A DNA stretch of 64,000 bases from IMG/VR virus record IMGVR_UViG_3300002220_000674, positions 3,215 to 67,214 of that record; one strand, given 5' to 3'. The translations under genes and the position numbers were made by a program. Positions 8,543 to 21,000 of this stretch are shown here, one piece after another. The notes beneath the pieces were generated by a model. It made no database searches and was not told the DNA's origin. It was given only the letters and a program-made list of their open reading frames with translations. Source of the DNA: a virus. Taxonomy: Duplodnaviria > Caudoviricetes. Position 1 is the first letter of the stretch. The number at the start of each line of letters is the position of its first letter.

Positions 8543-9685
8543 CTATACAGGAATATATAATTGTTCATGGAAAATACCTGCACCTAATGCAACCCTTGTT
8601 CCATAAGTGACTTCAACTATAATCATAAACATCCCATATCCTGAATTATCCAATGCCGTAATTTTTTGATAAACTCTTCCTGATTTTCCTGTTGTATTAA
8701 TTTCATCTGACCAAGGACCTGTTGCACTTAAACTTATTTGTCCAATAGAAGAATCACTTGTAATTTTAACATTTAATGAACTACCTGAAACTTGTGTGTT
8801 GCAATCATATTGATCAAATATTGTCCATGACATTCGACACACAGGTGGATCATCACCATCATTGCCTGTTTCATTATTCCACCAATTATCCCAAGATACA
8901 GTAACATATGTGATAAGAGCTTCAGACCATTCTGCTCCAATATCTTCAATAAATATTTGTGTTACATTTGGTTTAACAAAAATATAATCCCCAATTAAAA
9001 TATGTTCTCCGGGTATGGATGGCTTTGCAGGTTCTGTAGCAGATTGTACTCCTTTTAAATAATCTACCTCTCCGTCAATTCCAACTACAAAAGCATCATA
9101 ACGATAACGATAACAGGCAGGAGCAGCATCAATAGTAACTGTATATTGACCTGTTCCCATTGCCATAACTTCCCCATCTCCCATAGTCATTGGAGCAGGA
9201 TCATCCATTATGATCTCATCACCCCCAATTAAAGATGGATTGAAAAAATAAGTTTCTCCATCAACGACATATGCCCCTCCAGTTGCAATTAAATTTAAGG
9301 ATTCAGGACTGGTTGGAATTAATTTACCTCCATATAACCAATGATCAGCTAATGGTGATATTTCTGGATAAGTTGGTCCTTCCATCGGAGTAGGGATTGC
9401 TCTTCCTTCTCCTGAAATTTCAATATATCCACGATGTCCTTCTCTCCAAACAATGCGTACTGCATTTCTTGGTTTTAACCAATAAGGAATATCTCGCCAA
9501 TTACGAGGATAATGTGCAATAATATCTTCAGATGATCCTTGTATCCTAACTCTTGCAATTCGAGCAATATGATCAACAGACCATAAAATACCATCAGCAG
9601 TTCCTTTCCGAAGATTAATTCTGCCATCCATATATTTTTTTATGAATTTTTTACCATATAATCTCATCCAGAAATTAACCTCCAT
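8543..9685 (-). CDS. tail protein
   Basis: 380 aa, beta-rich, within the tail-tip block. Confidence 0.6.
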   Translation of the reverse strand: MEVNFWMRLYGKKFIKKYMDGRINLRKGTADGILWSVDHIARIARVRIQGSSEDIIAHYPRNWRDIPYWLKPRNAVRIVWREGHRGYIEISGEGRAIPTPMEGPTYPEISPLADHWLYGGKLIPTSPESLNLIATGGAYVVDGETYFFNPSLIGGDEIIMDDPAPMTMGDGEVMAMGTGQYTVTIDAAPACYRYRYDAFVVGIDGEVDYLKGVQSATEPAKPSIPGEHILIGDYIFVKPNVTQIFIEDIGAEWSEALITYVTVSWDNWWNNETGNDGDDPPVCRMSWTIFDQYDCNTQVSGSSLNVKITSDSSIGQISLSATGPWSDEINTTGKSGRVYQKITALDNSGYGMFMIIVEVTYGTRVALGAGIFHEQLYIPV

Positions 9686-12600
9686 CCAGTTAACCGATCT
9701 ATTAAACCACCCTGATTTCCAGATCCTTTTTCTGGTACTGTATATGATCGGGTTAAATCCGTAATAAACATTTTTAAACTGGTTTTACTATATGGATGAA
9801 TAACCCGGATAATATCTCCTACTTGATCTTGTAAATGACCAATCTTTTCAACTTCCAGTCTTTTTCTTTGTGCTTGAACAATTGCTAATTCATAATTTGC
9901 TATTCGTTGACATTCTGCAACGGTATAACAAAACTGATCATCAATTTCACTTGTATTAATATTACCATTTAAATATCTTTGAAGTTCCAGATCATTTGCT
10001 TCAGATTGAAGTGTTTGTTTTTCATGTCCAATTGGCCGGGCATGGATATTATAATTATAAGAAGCAACTGCTCCTAAAGCCTGCCCAAGTGCTGAAGTTA
10101 AAAGAGATTGAATAAAAATATAAGGACCACATCGTACACAAGCTGTTGCCATCTTTCCATTAATAAGAATGGCGGCAATTAAAGAAATGACAACTGCAAC
10201 AAGATTTGGAGCTTCAATTGTAATTTCTACCCATTGTTCAGAAATATCCACCGAAGAAATATATTCATCTCCTCCACCTTTCAATCCAAAAATTCTAAAA
10301 TCTTTTATTGATTGTAAAATCTCTAATTCTGGATCACGACAGGTACGTTCATGGTCTTCTGAATACCAAACTTTTTCTTTTATCTTTTTACCCCACCAAC
10401 CTGTTGTTCCTGATAAATTTCCAACAGGTTCATATTCATATAATACTTCAATATCATATCTTCCTTCCCCTTTCACAACAACACGATTAACAAAACTACT
10501 AAATTCATCATCAGGAACTACATGTATTATCTGATCTAAATCAGTATATTCATGAGAAGGGGTAGCATTTAAATTAATTTCTCTAACTTCAAAAACACCA
10601 TCAGGTCCAACCAAAGAAAAACATTGGAAATGATCTAAAATTTCTTTAAGGATATTATCCAAGGTATCATCTAAAAACTGACAATAAATTAAATGTCGAT
10701 GTGACATAGTAGGAATAGAAATATCTTCTAGTTCTAATCGACCAAGATCTGTTAACAAATTTTGTACTACAGTTTCAGGATACAAATCTCCATAATAGGG
10801 AGTTGCAACTATATGATTTTCAGACCACATCGTTCGGTAGTCTTCACAACTGACATCAATTGTAGGATAATCACCACGTTTATATTGAATACTGGTTGCC
10901 ATTACCAAAAACTCACCTTGATTAACCATATACTCAACAGAATTAATTACCTCTCCAATATAAACCGAAATTCTTCTTCCTTTTTGCACAAAAGTAGATA
11001 GTACAGACATAGTATTAAGTGGGTCAAAAAGATGTCCATGTGATAATTTAAATGACAACCTATTAATCCCATCTACATGCCATTCAATTTGAACAGATTG
11101 TCCACGAACTAAAAAATCTTTTAATGCTAATGACACCCCTTCTTTATCCCATTTGATTGAGTATTCGGTACGATCTCTTCGGGTCCACATGGTCCATATG
11201 GAGCCTTCAGGATCTATGGTAATGGAGTTTTCATAGTCGAACCAGTTCCGGGTAAGTTGATTTGCTTCATCAAAGTTCCAAGTGGTTGTTTTCTCCCCTT
11301 CCATATAATAACTTTGACGAAAATCTCCTTGTTCATTCCATGCAGCTACGCCTCTAAAATTAGGAGAACTGGTAGGATAATAGGGTGCTCCAGCAAAAAT
11401 AGTCCCTGTTAATGGATCATAATCAAAACTCATAAAATCATTTGTGGGAAGACCCGGAAGAAGTGTATTCGAAAATAATTCCCATGTGCCATTCACCGTA
11501 TCGTAAATACAGGGACCATAATTGGAGTCCATTAAAATCCGACCATTGGTCAGCAATTTTTTTCTGTTCAGACCATAATTATCAGCAGTAGCAAATGAAG
11601 GTGTAATATACGTAATCTCATCCGTAGCAAGATTGATATCCATCAATCCTCTACGATCCTGATGATTAAAAGTTGATTGATATGGAGTTCCCCCATAAAT
11701 ATGTCCATTATAATATATTGGATATTGAATGCCGGGTTGTGGAAAACCTTGATAGTCATCCCAATTATAGTGTTTAATTATTCCTCCGGTACTAATTTGA
11801 TAAATAATACAATGACCTCTCCAATTACTTGCGGCACGTTCAAAACCTAAAATAATCCAATCCATTTCAGGTACTACATGCATGTAATGAAAACCTCTTA
11901 GACTCGCTTCTGATAATAATCTATCCGCAGATATAATAGGAACATATGAATATTGTCCTGTTGGAGATGGTTGTTGATGAATATTGATATATCCTAACCA
12001 CATCGCATGGGTATAGTAATAAGTATTTTGAAAATACAGATATAACCGACCTGATGAGCTATCCAACCATCCTGCTTCAAGTCCAGCAGTCCCTGTATAG
12101 CCTCCAAAATCAATACTGATATTGGCAGTTAAAAGTTGAGCAGGAATATCATCATTGATCACATAGGTAACGATTTCATTTGTGTCATGATGTACCACCA
12201 TGAAAACTTTGCCACCCACTATTCCTGCACAGGTATGATCTCCAGTACTAATCCATCGATTCCACCAAACATGATTTTCAGCAAAAATAGGATGATAAGC
12301 AGGGACCGTTTCAGTCGTATAACACCGATCTATTGTCCAAGTTGGCACATCAATGACTACGATTGAACAAAGTACCTTTGTACCCACATAAATATAAATA
12401 CAAAGTACATATAATTTATTATTTGCAGGATCAAATTGAACTTCTGCGCCATCTAATGGACCAGAACAATACCCATAAGGAGAATGAACAAAATTGGTAG
12501 AATCACCATCTACCAATAAAACATTTTTCTTTTCAGTATATGCCAGTGTGACACTACCATCAGGAGCAGCAGATAGATCAGGATGATATCCTATAGTTCC

Positions 12601-13371
12601 ATAAGTATTATAACTGGTTTGTTTAACCGGAGCAGACCATGTACTTCCATTATCTGTACTGGTAATCGTATAGATATTAATGATTTGAGAACCATCTTCC
12701 AACTCTGAATCAACATTGTCAAAAGCAAGAATAATATCCCCATTGGAAGCTTGGGCTAAAGTAGGATAATTTTTACGTAAAGCCGAATTTAACCCGGACA
12801 AAGTGATGGGTCCATTATATGTCCAAGATACGAAATTTTCTGAAGACCAAGTGACTAAATAATAATTGCTATCTGTAGTGTTTCGGTAAACAGCAGTCAT
12901 TAAATAAGAATCATCCTGTAAAAGAATGGCATAAGGAGTACTTGTCCAGTTTGAATTTGTAAAATCATAAATTCGAGTAGCCCCGGATATCGAATTACCT
13001 TCAGAGTCTACAATTAATCGGTAAATGTCATAGGATCGGGCATAAACAATAGCAATGTTATCATCGGACATAGGACAAACATTAGCATCGGTTAATCCTG
13101 TTATTGTTCCAAGGTTTGTTTCATAAAGTTGCAACCTTTCTGCATCCGAATAGACGTAAATCAGTTGTCCTCCACGAATCATGGTTCCAATAATACGATC
13201 CTGAGTATCAACTGAAAGACTTGTGTTTCCCTCATTAGTTTGAAGATCATTCATATATTGACCTTCAAATGGAATATCCTGAATAAATTGAGAAGAAATT
13301 ATTTCAATAACAGGAGTTCTTTCAATTCCATCCATTCTTGCCTGCAAAGAAGCATCAAGATTGATTGACAT
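9664..13371 (-). CDS. large tail-tip/hub protein with beta-propeller-like region
   Basis: Asp-box (TSTDNGSTWS) and propeller-like repeats in the N-terminal two thirds; hub-like C-terminal third (FVNRVVVKG); position downstream of the TMP. Confidence 0.7.
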   Translation of the reverse strand: MSINLDASLQARMDGIERTPVIEIISSQFIQDIPFEGQYMNDLQTNEGNTSLSVDTQDRIIGTMIRGGQLIYVYSDAERLQLYETNLGTITGLTDANVCPMSDDNIAIVYARSYDIYRLIVDSEGNSISGATRIYDFTNSNWTSTPYAILLQDDSYLMTAVYRNTTDSNYYLVTWSSENFVSWTYNGPITLSGLNSALRKNYPTLAQASNGDIILAFDNVDSELEDGSQIINIYTITSTDNGSTWSAPVKQTSYNTYGTIGYHPDLSAAPDGSVTLAYTEKKNVLLVDGDSTNFVHSPYGYCSGPLDGAEVQFDPANNKLYVLCIYIYVGTKVLCSIVVIDVPTWTIDRCYTTETVPAYHPIFAENHVWWNRWISTGDHTCAGIVGGKVFMVVHHDTNEIVTYVINDDIPAQLLTANISIDFGGYTGTAGLEAGWLDSSSGRLYLYFQNTYYYTHAMWLGYINIHQQPSPTGQYSYVPIISADRLLSEASLRGFHYMHVVPEMDWIILGFERAASNWRGHCIIYQISTGGIIKHYNWDDYQGFPQPGIQYPIYYNGHIYGGTPYQSTFNHQDRRGLMDINLATDEITYITPSFATADNYGLNRKKLLTNGRILMDSNYGPCIYDTVNGTWELFSNTLLPGLPTNDFMSFDYDPLTGTIFAGAPYYPTSSPNFRGVAAWNEQGDFRQSYYMEGEKTTTWNFDEANQLTRNWFDYENSITIDPEGSIWTMWTRRDRTEYSIKWDKEGVSLALKDFLVRGQSVQIEWHVDGINRLSFKLSHGHLFDPLNTMSVLSTFVQKGRRISVYIGEVINSVEYMVNQGEFLVMATSIQYKRGDYPTIDVSCEDYRTMWSENHIVATPYYGDLYPETVVQNLLTDLGRLELEDISIPTMSHRHLIYCQFLDDTLDNILKEILDHFQCFSLVGPDGVFEVREINLNATPSHEYTDLDQIIHVVPDDEFSSFVNRVVVKGEGRYDIEVLYEYEPVGNLSGTTGWWGKKIKEKVWYSEDHERTCRDPELEILQSIKDFRIFGLKGGGDEYISSVDISEQWVEITIEAPNLVAVVISLIAAILINGKMATACVRCGPYIFIQSLLTSALGQALGAVASYNYNIHARPIGHEKQTLQSEANDLELQRYLNGNINTSEIDDQFCYTVAECQRIANYELAIVQAQRKRLEVEKIGHLQDQVGDIIRVIHPYSKTSLKMFITDLTRSYTVPEKGSGNQGGLIDRLTGWRLISG

Positions 13372-13391
13372 AAAATACCTTTTTTACTTTA

Positions 13392-13601
13392 TTAGGTCAC
13401 AACAAAAACACAAGGAGCTAACATACTTTCAGAAGGTACATAATCCTCCAGAACGGCGTAACCCACTATCTTTGACGCAGCTACATTTACTTCAGTGGAT
13501 AAAACGGCATAGCCCACTAATTTAGAGGCATCTAAAGCATCAGGTGGAGATAAAACTGAATATCCAATTATTTTGGAAACATCTAAGGGACCAATAGCCA
13601 T
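13392..13601 (-). CDS. small tail-associated protein with three SK..GY.VL repeats
   Basis: Repeats visible in the translation; AAGGAAAG RBS. Confidence 0.65.
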   Translation of the reverse strand: MAIGPLDVSKIIGYSVLSPPDALDASKLVGYAVLSTEVNVAASKIVGYAVLEDYVPSESMLAPCVFVVT

Positions 13602-13616
13602 AAGCTTTCCTTATTT

Positions 13617-14588
13617 TTATACTATTTCTTTAGAGCGAAGTACTACCTGTAATGCTTCTATTTCAGCAGGAGTAAATCGATTATTTGTGATTGGATTTTC
13701 CTGATAAAGTTGCTCAACCGTTTCAAAAACGCCACCCAATTCATGGGTATCCGAAACATCTACTTCTGAATTGGTTTTTACTCCTACTTGTACTCTAACA
13801 CCCCCAATACCATCAGTAATTCTGGTAGCAATTTTTACTCCTTTACAGATAAAATCACCTGTCGGCATCCCTGTCAGATTGCACATGAAATCTTGATCAA
13901 ATTGATCGGTATAAATCAGATCGGCATCACTGTTTGTTACTTCATCCACCGCAGTATAAGCCCCTGTCCAATCATTAGTATCTCCAGCAGCATTAGGTGC
14001 TAAAGTTTTTAATGACATTAACCGGGTATCTTCATCTGCTACAATAAATTCAGATAAACAGGCTGCACTGGCTAAAGTAGATCCATAAATACTAAAATGT
14101 TGAAAATTAGTAACGTCTGGTAGCCTTAAATCTCCAGTATATTCAACAAGTAAAGTTCCCTCAAGATAAGCTCGAAAAATTCCTTCTTCAGCATACTTAA
14201 TATATAAATCAAGTGGTTTACTACTACCATAAGCTAAAGAAGCACCTGTTTCTGTAGCTAATGTAGTCCATACTCCTGCTATTCGTTTTCTTAAAACAGC
14301 TTGGCCTACTGTTTTTCGTAACCAAAGCCCTGAACTAGTAATAGGATCATCTAAACCAAATAAAAGTGTGTCACTTGTTGATGTAATAGAAGTATTAAGG
14401 TAACAACGACTATGTACCCATGCCTCTGTAACAGGACCATTTGGGAAAGGATTGGAATAACAATAATTACCAAGATATAATCCACATCTTGCATAGTTAG
14501 AATTAAAAACAGAACTAGTGCTTACCAAAGGACTATTAATTCCATATTTAAAATCAACATCTTCCCCCCCACACCAAAGAATACTCAT
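13617..14588 (-). CDS. tail protein (lectin-like beta-rich N-terminus)
   Basis: GGAG RBS; position in the tail-tip block. Confidence 0.6.
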   Translation of the reverse strand: MSILWCGGEDVDFKYGINSPLVSTSSVFNSNYARCGLYLGNYCYSNPFPNGPVTEAWVHSRCYLNTSITSTSDTLLFGLDDPITSSGLWLRKTVGQAVLRKRIAGVWTTLATETGASLAYGSSKPLDLYIKYAEEGIFRAYLEGTLLVEYTGDLRLPDVTNFQHFSIYGSTLASAACLSEFIVADEDTRLMSLKTLAPNAAGDTNDWTGAYTAVDEVTNSDADLIYTDQFDQDFMCNLTGMPTGDFICKGVKIATRITDGIGGVRVQVGVKTNSEVDVSDTHELGGVFETVEQLYQENPITNNRFTPAEIEALQVVLRSKEIV

Positions 14589-14636
14589 AATAATTTACTC
14601 CTATTTTAAAATATAAATCATCTATTACAAAATTTT

Positions 14637-15026
14637 TTACGATGTTCTTGAAGTAGGTGTTGTTAACTCCCTAATATTTAATTCCAAAGATACTTCAAAT
14701 CGATATGCCTGATCTTCTAATGCTGCTTCAATATATTCGCCATTTAAATCAGTAACGTACACAATATAAGCTTTAGCCGCTGTTTGATCCCATACAACAG
14801 GCTCTTGTGATAAATACATAGTTCTTAATTGTGCATATTGCGTAACAGTCATCCATTTCCACCAAAGAGTGACAACTGTTCCTTCAAGAAAAGCAGGCCA
14901 TTGAAACAGAGCACTTCCAGAATAGGTATTAACAATTGCAGCTGTTTTTTTAGAATCAGGAAGAGTCACTTTTAATGGATTCAATGGAAAAATATATCCA
15001 CCTAATCCTTGCATAAATATTGCCAT
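14637..15026 (-). CDS. distal tail (Dit-like) protein
   Basis: 129 aa directly after the TMP. Confidence 0.55.
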   Translation of the reverse strand: MAIFMQGLGGYIFPLNPLKVTLPDSKKTAAIVNTYSGSALFQWPAFLEGTVVTLWWKWMTVTQYAQLRTMYLSQEPVVWDQTAAKAYIVYVTDLNGEYIEAALEDQAYRFEVSLELNIRELTTPTSRTS

Positions 15027-18000
15027 TATCGTGCATACTCCTTAATAGTTCTAAGAACAACCTGTTCCACTTCAGATTGCAACCTTCCTGACAAATGCTG
15101 CTGTCTTGGTTCCAATGCTTGAACATTAACAGGTACACTTACACTTAGATTAGACCGTTCTTGTGTGATATCTTTTACCATTTTATGCAGGGATTCCAAA
15201 ATTTTTTGTTCGTAATGTACTTCTTTTTTAGCAACTACACGTTCTCCCTTTTGTAAAATTGCAGGAAATTCATCATTCATAAGACCTTTATGAAGTTTAG
15301 GAACAGCAAACTTTCCAGCAGGAAGTCCATTATGGAATTCAGAAATTTTGGTAGAAGTTACCTTGCCTGGAGTTAGTCCTTTATGTGCAGTTGTTGTTTG
15401 TCCTCCCCAATTAGGAGCAGTTGCTCCCCCCATACCAGCAGCAACTCCACCAAATACAGCAGGCATCAACCAAGCTAAACCTCTTCCAACAGCTTGCTGC
15501 ATTAACAATCTACTGATCTCTTTTAAAATATCACTGATAAAAGATTTCCATTCAAGCCGACCAGTTTCAAAAAAATCCATGAATGCATCAGATAATCCAT
15601 CTAATGTGTTATAAGTTGCAAGTTCTACAATTTCCCACATACTTGGCACATCATTGACAAATCTTCGCATTCCATTCTGTAAAGCATCTTCTAAATCATT
15701 GATATCATCAATAGTTTTACCTTTCCAATCAGTAATGGTCCTGTTGAAATTATTAAATCGCCACTTTTCAGGTGTGGTCTTTTTTTCTTCTCCAAATAAA
15801 GGTTGGGGTTCATAATTTTTATATCCATCTTTATCTGTGCCTGACATATAATTATAACTTGCAGGTTTTATTCCACCTGAAGTTGCATCATATTCAACAG
15901 TAACTTTATGCTGTGATTCAGTTGAAACTTTATCCAACTTTTCATGTAGTTCTTTTACTGATTCAAATTGATCAAGGTTTTCAATATCAAGTTTATGAAT
16001 GGAAGTTGTCTTTTTATAAATGGTACTTAACTGATCATGAAGTTTTTGAATTTGTGCAATTTTATCAATGTCTTCTTTTTGAGTCTCAACATTGATCTGT
16101 GTTTTTACTGAAGTTTGAAGTTTCTCAATGGTTGTTTTTAAAGTTGTGATTTCTTTTTGAAGTGTTGCAACTAATTGTTCTAATCCTTTTTGATCTGTTC
16201 CAGTTTTTCCTACAAAATCAACAGTAACATCACTATGAATATTTTCAGTTGCCTTTTTAATACCCTTTAAATCAGACTCTAACTTTTTACTTTTTTCTTT
16301 TACATGATCAAAAACTTCAGTGATGGGTTCTTCAAGAAATGGACTAAGACCTTTTTTCATCCGCATTAAAGCATGATCAATGGCCTTATTCATAATTGCT
16401 TCAGGAATTTCTGTTGAATTAACTACTTTTTCAATCTCTTCTTTTGATAAAGTTGGAACTAATAAAGGGATCTCCACTTCTTTATTATCAATATTAACTG
16501 TCACAGATAATTCTGTACTGATATGCCCATCTGAAGATAAAATTTTTCCAAGAAATCCTTTCCCTTTAGGAGTTCCATCAGCCCTAAATCCATAAGGAGT
16601 ATTCACTTGAACATCTAAATTAATGGGTGTTTTTTCTAAATCTTGTACCTGTTGTTTAAAATTTATAAGAGATTCTTTTAATTTTGCAATATTTTGAATA
16701 ATTGCATTTGAACTTCCTTGTTCCAACCATTGTACAGTAATTTTACTAACATCACTGGTATTGAATTCTGTAATGGATTTTTTAACTTCTTCCAAAGCTT
16801 TAAGAAAATTAAAAGTTTCCAGAAAAATTTCAATTTTTTGGATCTCTTTAATATAAGCTGCAAGAGAATCTAATTCAGCTTTTAATCCATTAAGGATTTG
16901 GTTATAAGCAGCAGCTTGTCTTTGCAAAGATCCCATCTGCTCTGCTTCTTGTTGTTTAATTTCTAATAAAGTTTGATCATGTTCTTTTTCTCTTTCTGTT
17001 TTAGATTCTTCCCCTGCTCGTTTTGCTTCTTCAATTTTTTTATCTGTTAATTCTTTTTCAAGATCAATGTGCTCTTTATTCCATTGCATTTTTAAATCAA
17101 GAGTGGCTTTTTCATCTTTAATAAATTCTGCAACTCGATTGTGTTCTTTTACAATTCTACCTTCAATAGCATTTGATTCAATAGCAGAAAGTTGATCCAG
17201 ATATTCTTGTGCTCTTTCAAGATCATCATTTGCAAGGGCTTGTTTAAAATTATAATAAGCAACTTCCCGTAATTTTTTGACATGGTAAACTTTTTCTTCA
17301 TCACTAAGTTGTTCCATTACCAAATCAATACGGTTTTGATTTATTTCACGGATACGTTTGTTTAAATCCTTTTGAATTTTTTCTATATTTTTGGCTACAT
17401 CTTTTTCAATTTGTTCCAGATCCTTTTTAAGATCCTCTTGTGCTTTTTTTCTATCTTTATTGGCTTGTTCATGGACCTTTCGTTGATCAGCAAGATTACT
17501 TTTTAATGCAGATAATATGGAATCATAAGAACTTTTACGTTCTTTATATTCTTCTGTGTATAATTCTTTTTGTGTTCCAAGATAGGTTTGATAAGCATCT
17601 TCTATCCCTTCTTGCATGATACCTTCCATCTCTTTTGGTAAATCACTCCATAAATAGAGTTGGGCATCATACAAATTTCTTGCAATTTGATGTTGTTCTT
17701 TATAAAAATCCTTAATAGTAACATCCATATCACCATAGATACGTTTTATACTATTGGCATAACTTGTTGCATATTTATCTAAAGCGGTTAATTCGCTTTG
17801 AAGAAGGGACATTCGTTTATCATAGGCTCTGCGTGCCATTTCCGATTGAACTGCATACGGTTTTGCCATCAGTTCACTGGATTTACGAACGTATTCCGTT
17901 TGATCTTTTATCAACTCTTTTTCTAAGCTTTCACGGCGTAACTCTACTAATCTATCAATATGTTCAGCAGTTAATGTTTCAATTTCTTCATTTAATTTTT

Positions 18001-21000
18001 CTAAACTTTCTCTGTATTCTTGAAGATTTCCTGCTGATTCAATCAACATTAATCTACCGGACTCCCCTAAAACATTCCAAAGCCCTAACCATTTAGCTTT
18101 TGCTTCATCAGGAAAATCTCCAAGCAATAATTGAAAACCCACTTTAATATCTTTGAGATCTACACCAACTTTTTTTGCAATCTCCTGCATTTTTTTCAAA
18201 GCACTGTATGTTCCAATAAACATACGTTCCGCAGCAGGACCTAATTCAACAATAGCTTTTAATTGTTCTTCATAATGCTGTGAAGATTCTGTAACACCAT
18301 CATAAGAAGCTTGTACTTGATCAGTATTAAAAGCCATTATTGCAGCTTGTCGGGCATATTCACGTTCTGTTTTTGTTGCTTTGGCAGTTTCAATACTTGC
18401 TTTTTTAATGGCTTGTTCACGTTTAAAAAGAGATTCCGTCATGGATTGAACGGCAGTAATAAAACCTCTGCCAAATCCAATCATCCCCCACCATTTCTTT
18501 TTATTTTCTTCCAAATTTTTATTATAAAGAGAAATTCCATCAGCACTTTTTTCCACAACATCAATGTTGTTTTTAAGTGTGACACTATTTTCTTTGATCA
18601 ACATATTGATGTTTTTAAAATGAGTTGCTGCTCTTCCTAAAAATTCTTCCTGCTTTTCTCTGGAAACTTCTTTTAATTGTGAAATAAATCCAGCAAGGTT
18701 TGTTTCAGCATCCCTTGCTTGTTTCCCAAGTTCAGGAAACTGTTCGATAATACGTCCTTGTATCCTATAAAATTCAGCACTTCCCTGTTCTACTTTTGAT
18801 AACTGTTCAGCATATCGACCATAATCATCTGCTACTTGTTTTGCAGCAATGGCATTTTCTTCATTGGCTTTGATCTCATCATATTTTATTTGTTTCAATT
18901 TATACATTGCAATTACAAGAGAAGCAACGGCAGCAGCAACAAGTAATAAAGGATGTGCTTTTAAAGTGAGCCATAAATTACGAACAGCAACATTAGCAGC
19001 AGTTACCATTGTGGATAAAAAGCCTGCCTGCATTGCTGTATCTTTAACCCGTAAAGCAGCAACACCACTTTGAGTACTTAAAAAATTTAGATTAGCAGCA
19101 GCATTTGCAACTTTTTGTCTAAATAAATCAAAAGCAGCACTGACAATTCCTACAGATGTACCCATGTTCATTAAAGATTTTACTGATTCACCCATAAATT
19201 TAAACAAGGCGACTGATACTAACATCCTTAATGCCCAATTTAATGCCATAATTGCAGCAGTTAAAGCAGCAACAGCAGCAACATATTTAACAAATTCATA
19301 CTTGAATATTTCAGTAAATAAATCAGCCATGAACCTAAGACCATCTAATACCCCCATAATAGCAGGACGAAAAGTACTACCAATTTCAATGGCTAATAAT
19401 CCTAATTTATCTTTTAAATTCTTAGCTGAAACTTGCAATCCCAACATCTGAATTTCTGCCATTTTTGCGGCAGTACCTGCTTCAGAAGCTTGATCAACAA
19501 AAAATTCTATATCATCTCCAAGAGTTGCAAGCACCAAAGCAACGTTTGCCCCTCTAAGACCAAACCCTTGAAAAGCTTTATCAACATCTCCACCAAGAAC
19601 TTGTGCTAAATTATGTACAACTGTTATGAATCCTTGCCCACCTGTTTTTGCATTCTGTGCCTGAATATTAAAATCATCAATGGACATCCCGGCTTTTGTC
19701 ATTTGCTGTTTTAAAGCAGTAGTTGGTTTAAGTAAACGTGCCAGTACCTGTCGAAAACCTGTACCAACTGTCGAAGCTCTAATACCTGCATTAGATAAGA
19801 CCATGATCGCAGCAGCAGATTGTTCAAGTGAAACCCCTGCACTATGAGCAATGGGTCCCAAATAGTTCATGGTCACATTTAATTTATCAATTGTAGTTTT
19901 GGATTTATTAACAGCATTTGCAAAAACATCAGCAACTCTTGCTGATTCAGATGCATCCAAATGAAAAACACGAAGAGTAGTTGTCAGTAAATTTGCAGAT
20001 TCAGTTAAAGAAGACAAAGTTCCAGTAGCTAAATTTGCTACTGCCTGAATGGTTTGTACAGATTCAGCAGCAGTAAAACCGGCCTGACCAATATAAATCA
20101 TTGCCTCACCAATTTCTGATGCAGAGAATTTGGTGGTGGTTGCAACTTTTTTCATGACTCGTTCCATGACGCCTACTTCACCAGCAGTTGCCATAGTAAT
20201 AGCCTGAAGATTTTTTAAAGATTGGTCAAATTCAAAAATTGCATTTTTTGCAGAAATAAAAGTTGTCATCAAAGCATAAACAGCAGATCCTGCTACCATA
20301 TAGGAAGCAGTTACCCTGAGTGCTGCATACACTCTACTTAATGCACCATGTACTGCTCCGATCTGTCTCCCAACAGTTGCATAATTTCCAGCAAGTTTTT
20401 CAGTTGTCACTAAACTTGTTTTACCTTGCTGATCTACTTTAACCTGAGTCTGTAACCATCGGCCACTCGCTTTATCTAATTGTTGGATTGCGCCATTAAC
20501 AACACGGTACTCAGTTCCAAGTCCTTTTGTAATAGTACCCAACTGTTTACTATTATTCATCAGACTGACAAGTTGCTGTTCAGTTAATTTAGACTGAATA
20601 CCTGTTTGCAACATTGCTTCATATACTTTTGAAAAAGCAAGTCCTGTAGTTCTTACTTCATGAGCAGCAGTACGGGAAGTAACACCTAAACTGAGTAATC
20701 CACGTTTATAAGCATCTTGTAATGGTCCTGTAATTTTTAATTTTTCAGATGCTTTAGCTATATGTTGTGAGAAAGCAGAAACACCTACACCTGCTTTATC
20801 CAATGAAGTTTTATAATTTGCTAAAGTAGATTGGGCTAAAAAAGTTGTACTTTGATAGGAACTTATTTTCTTTTCTGCATCTGCATATTGTGAACCACTT
20901 TTAGCCATAGTGGTCATCTGCTGTCTTACATCAGCAGTTAATAATTTGGATTGTCCATAAGCATCATCCCATGCTTTTGACAGTAACCGGGCATTCTTAT

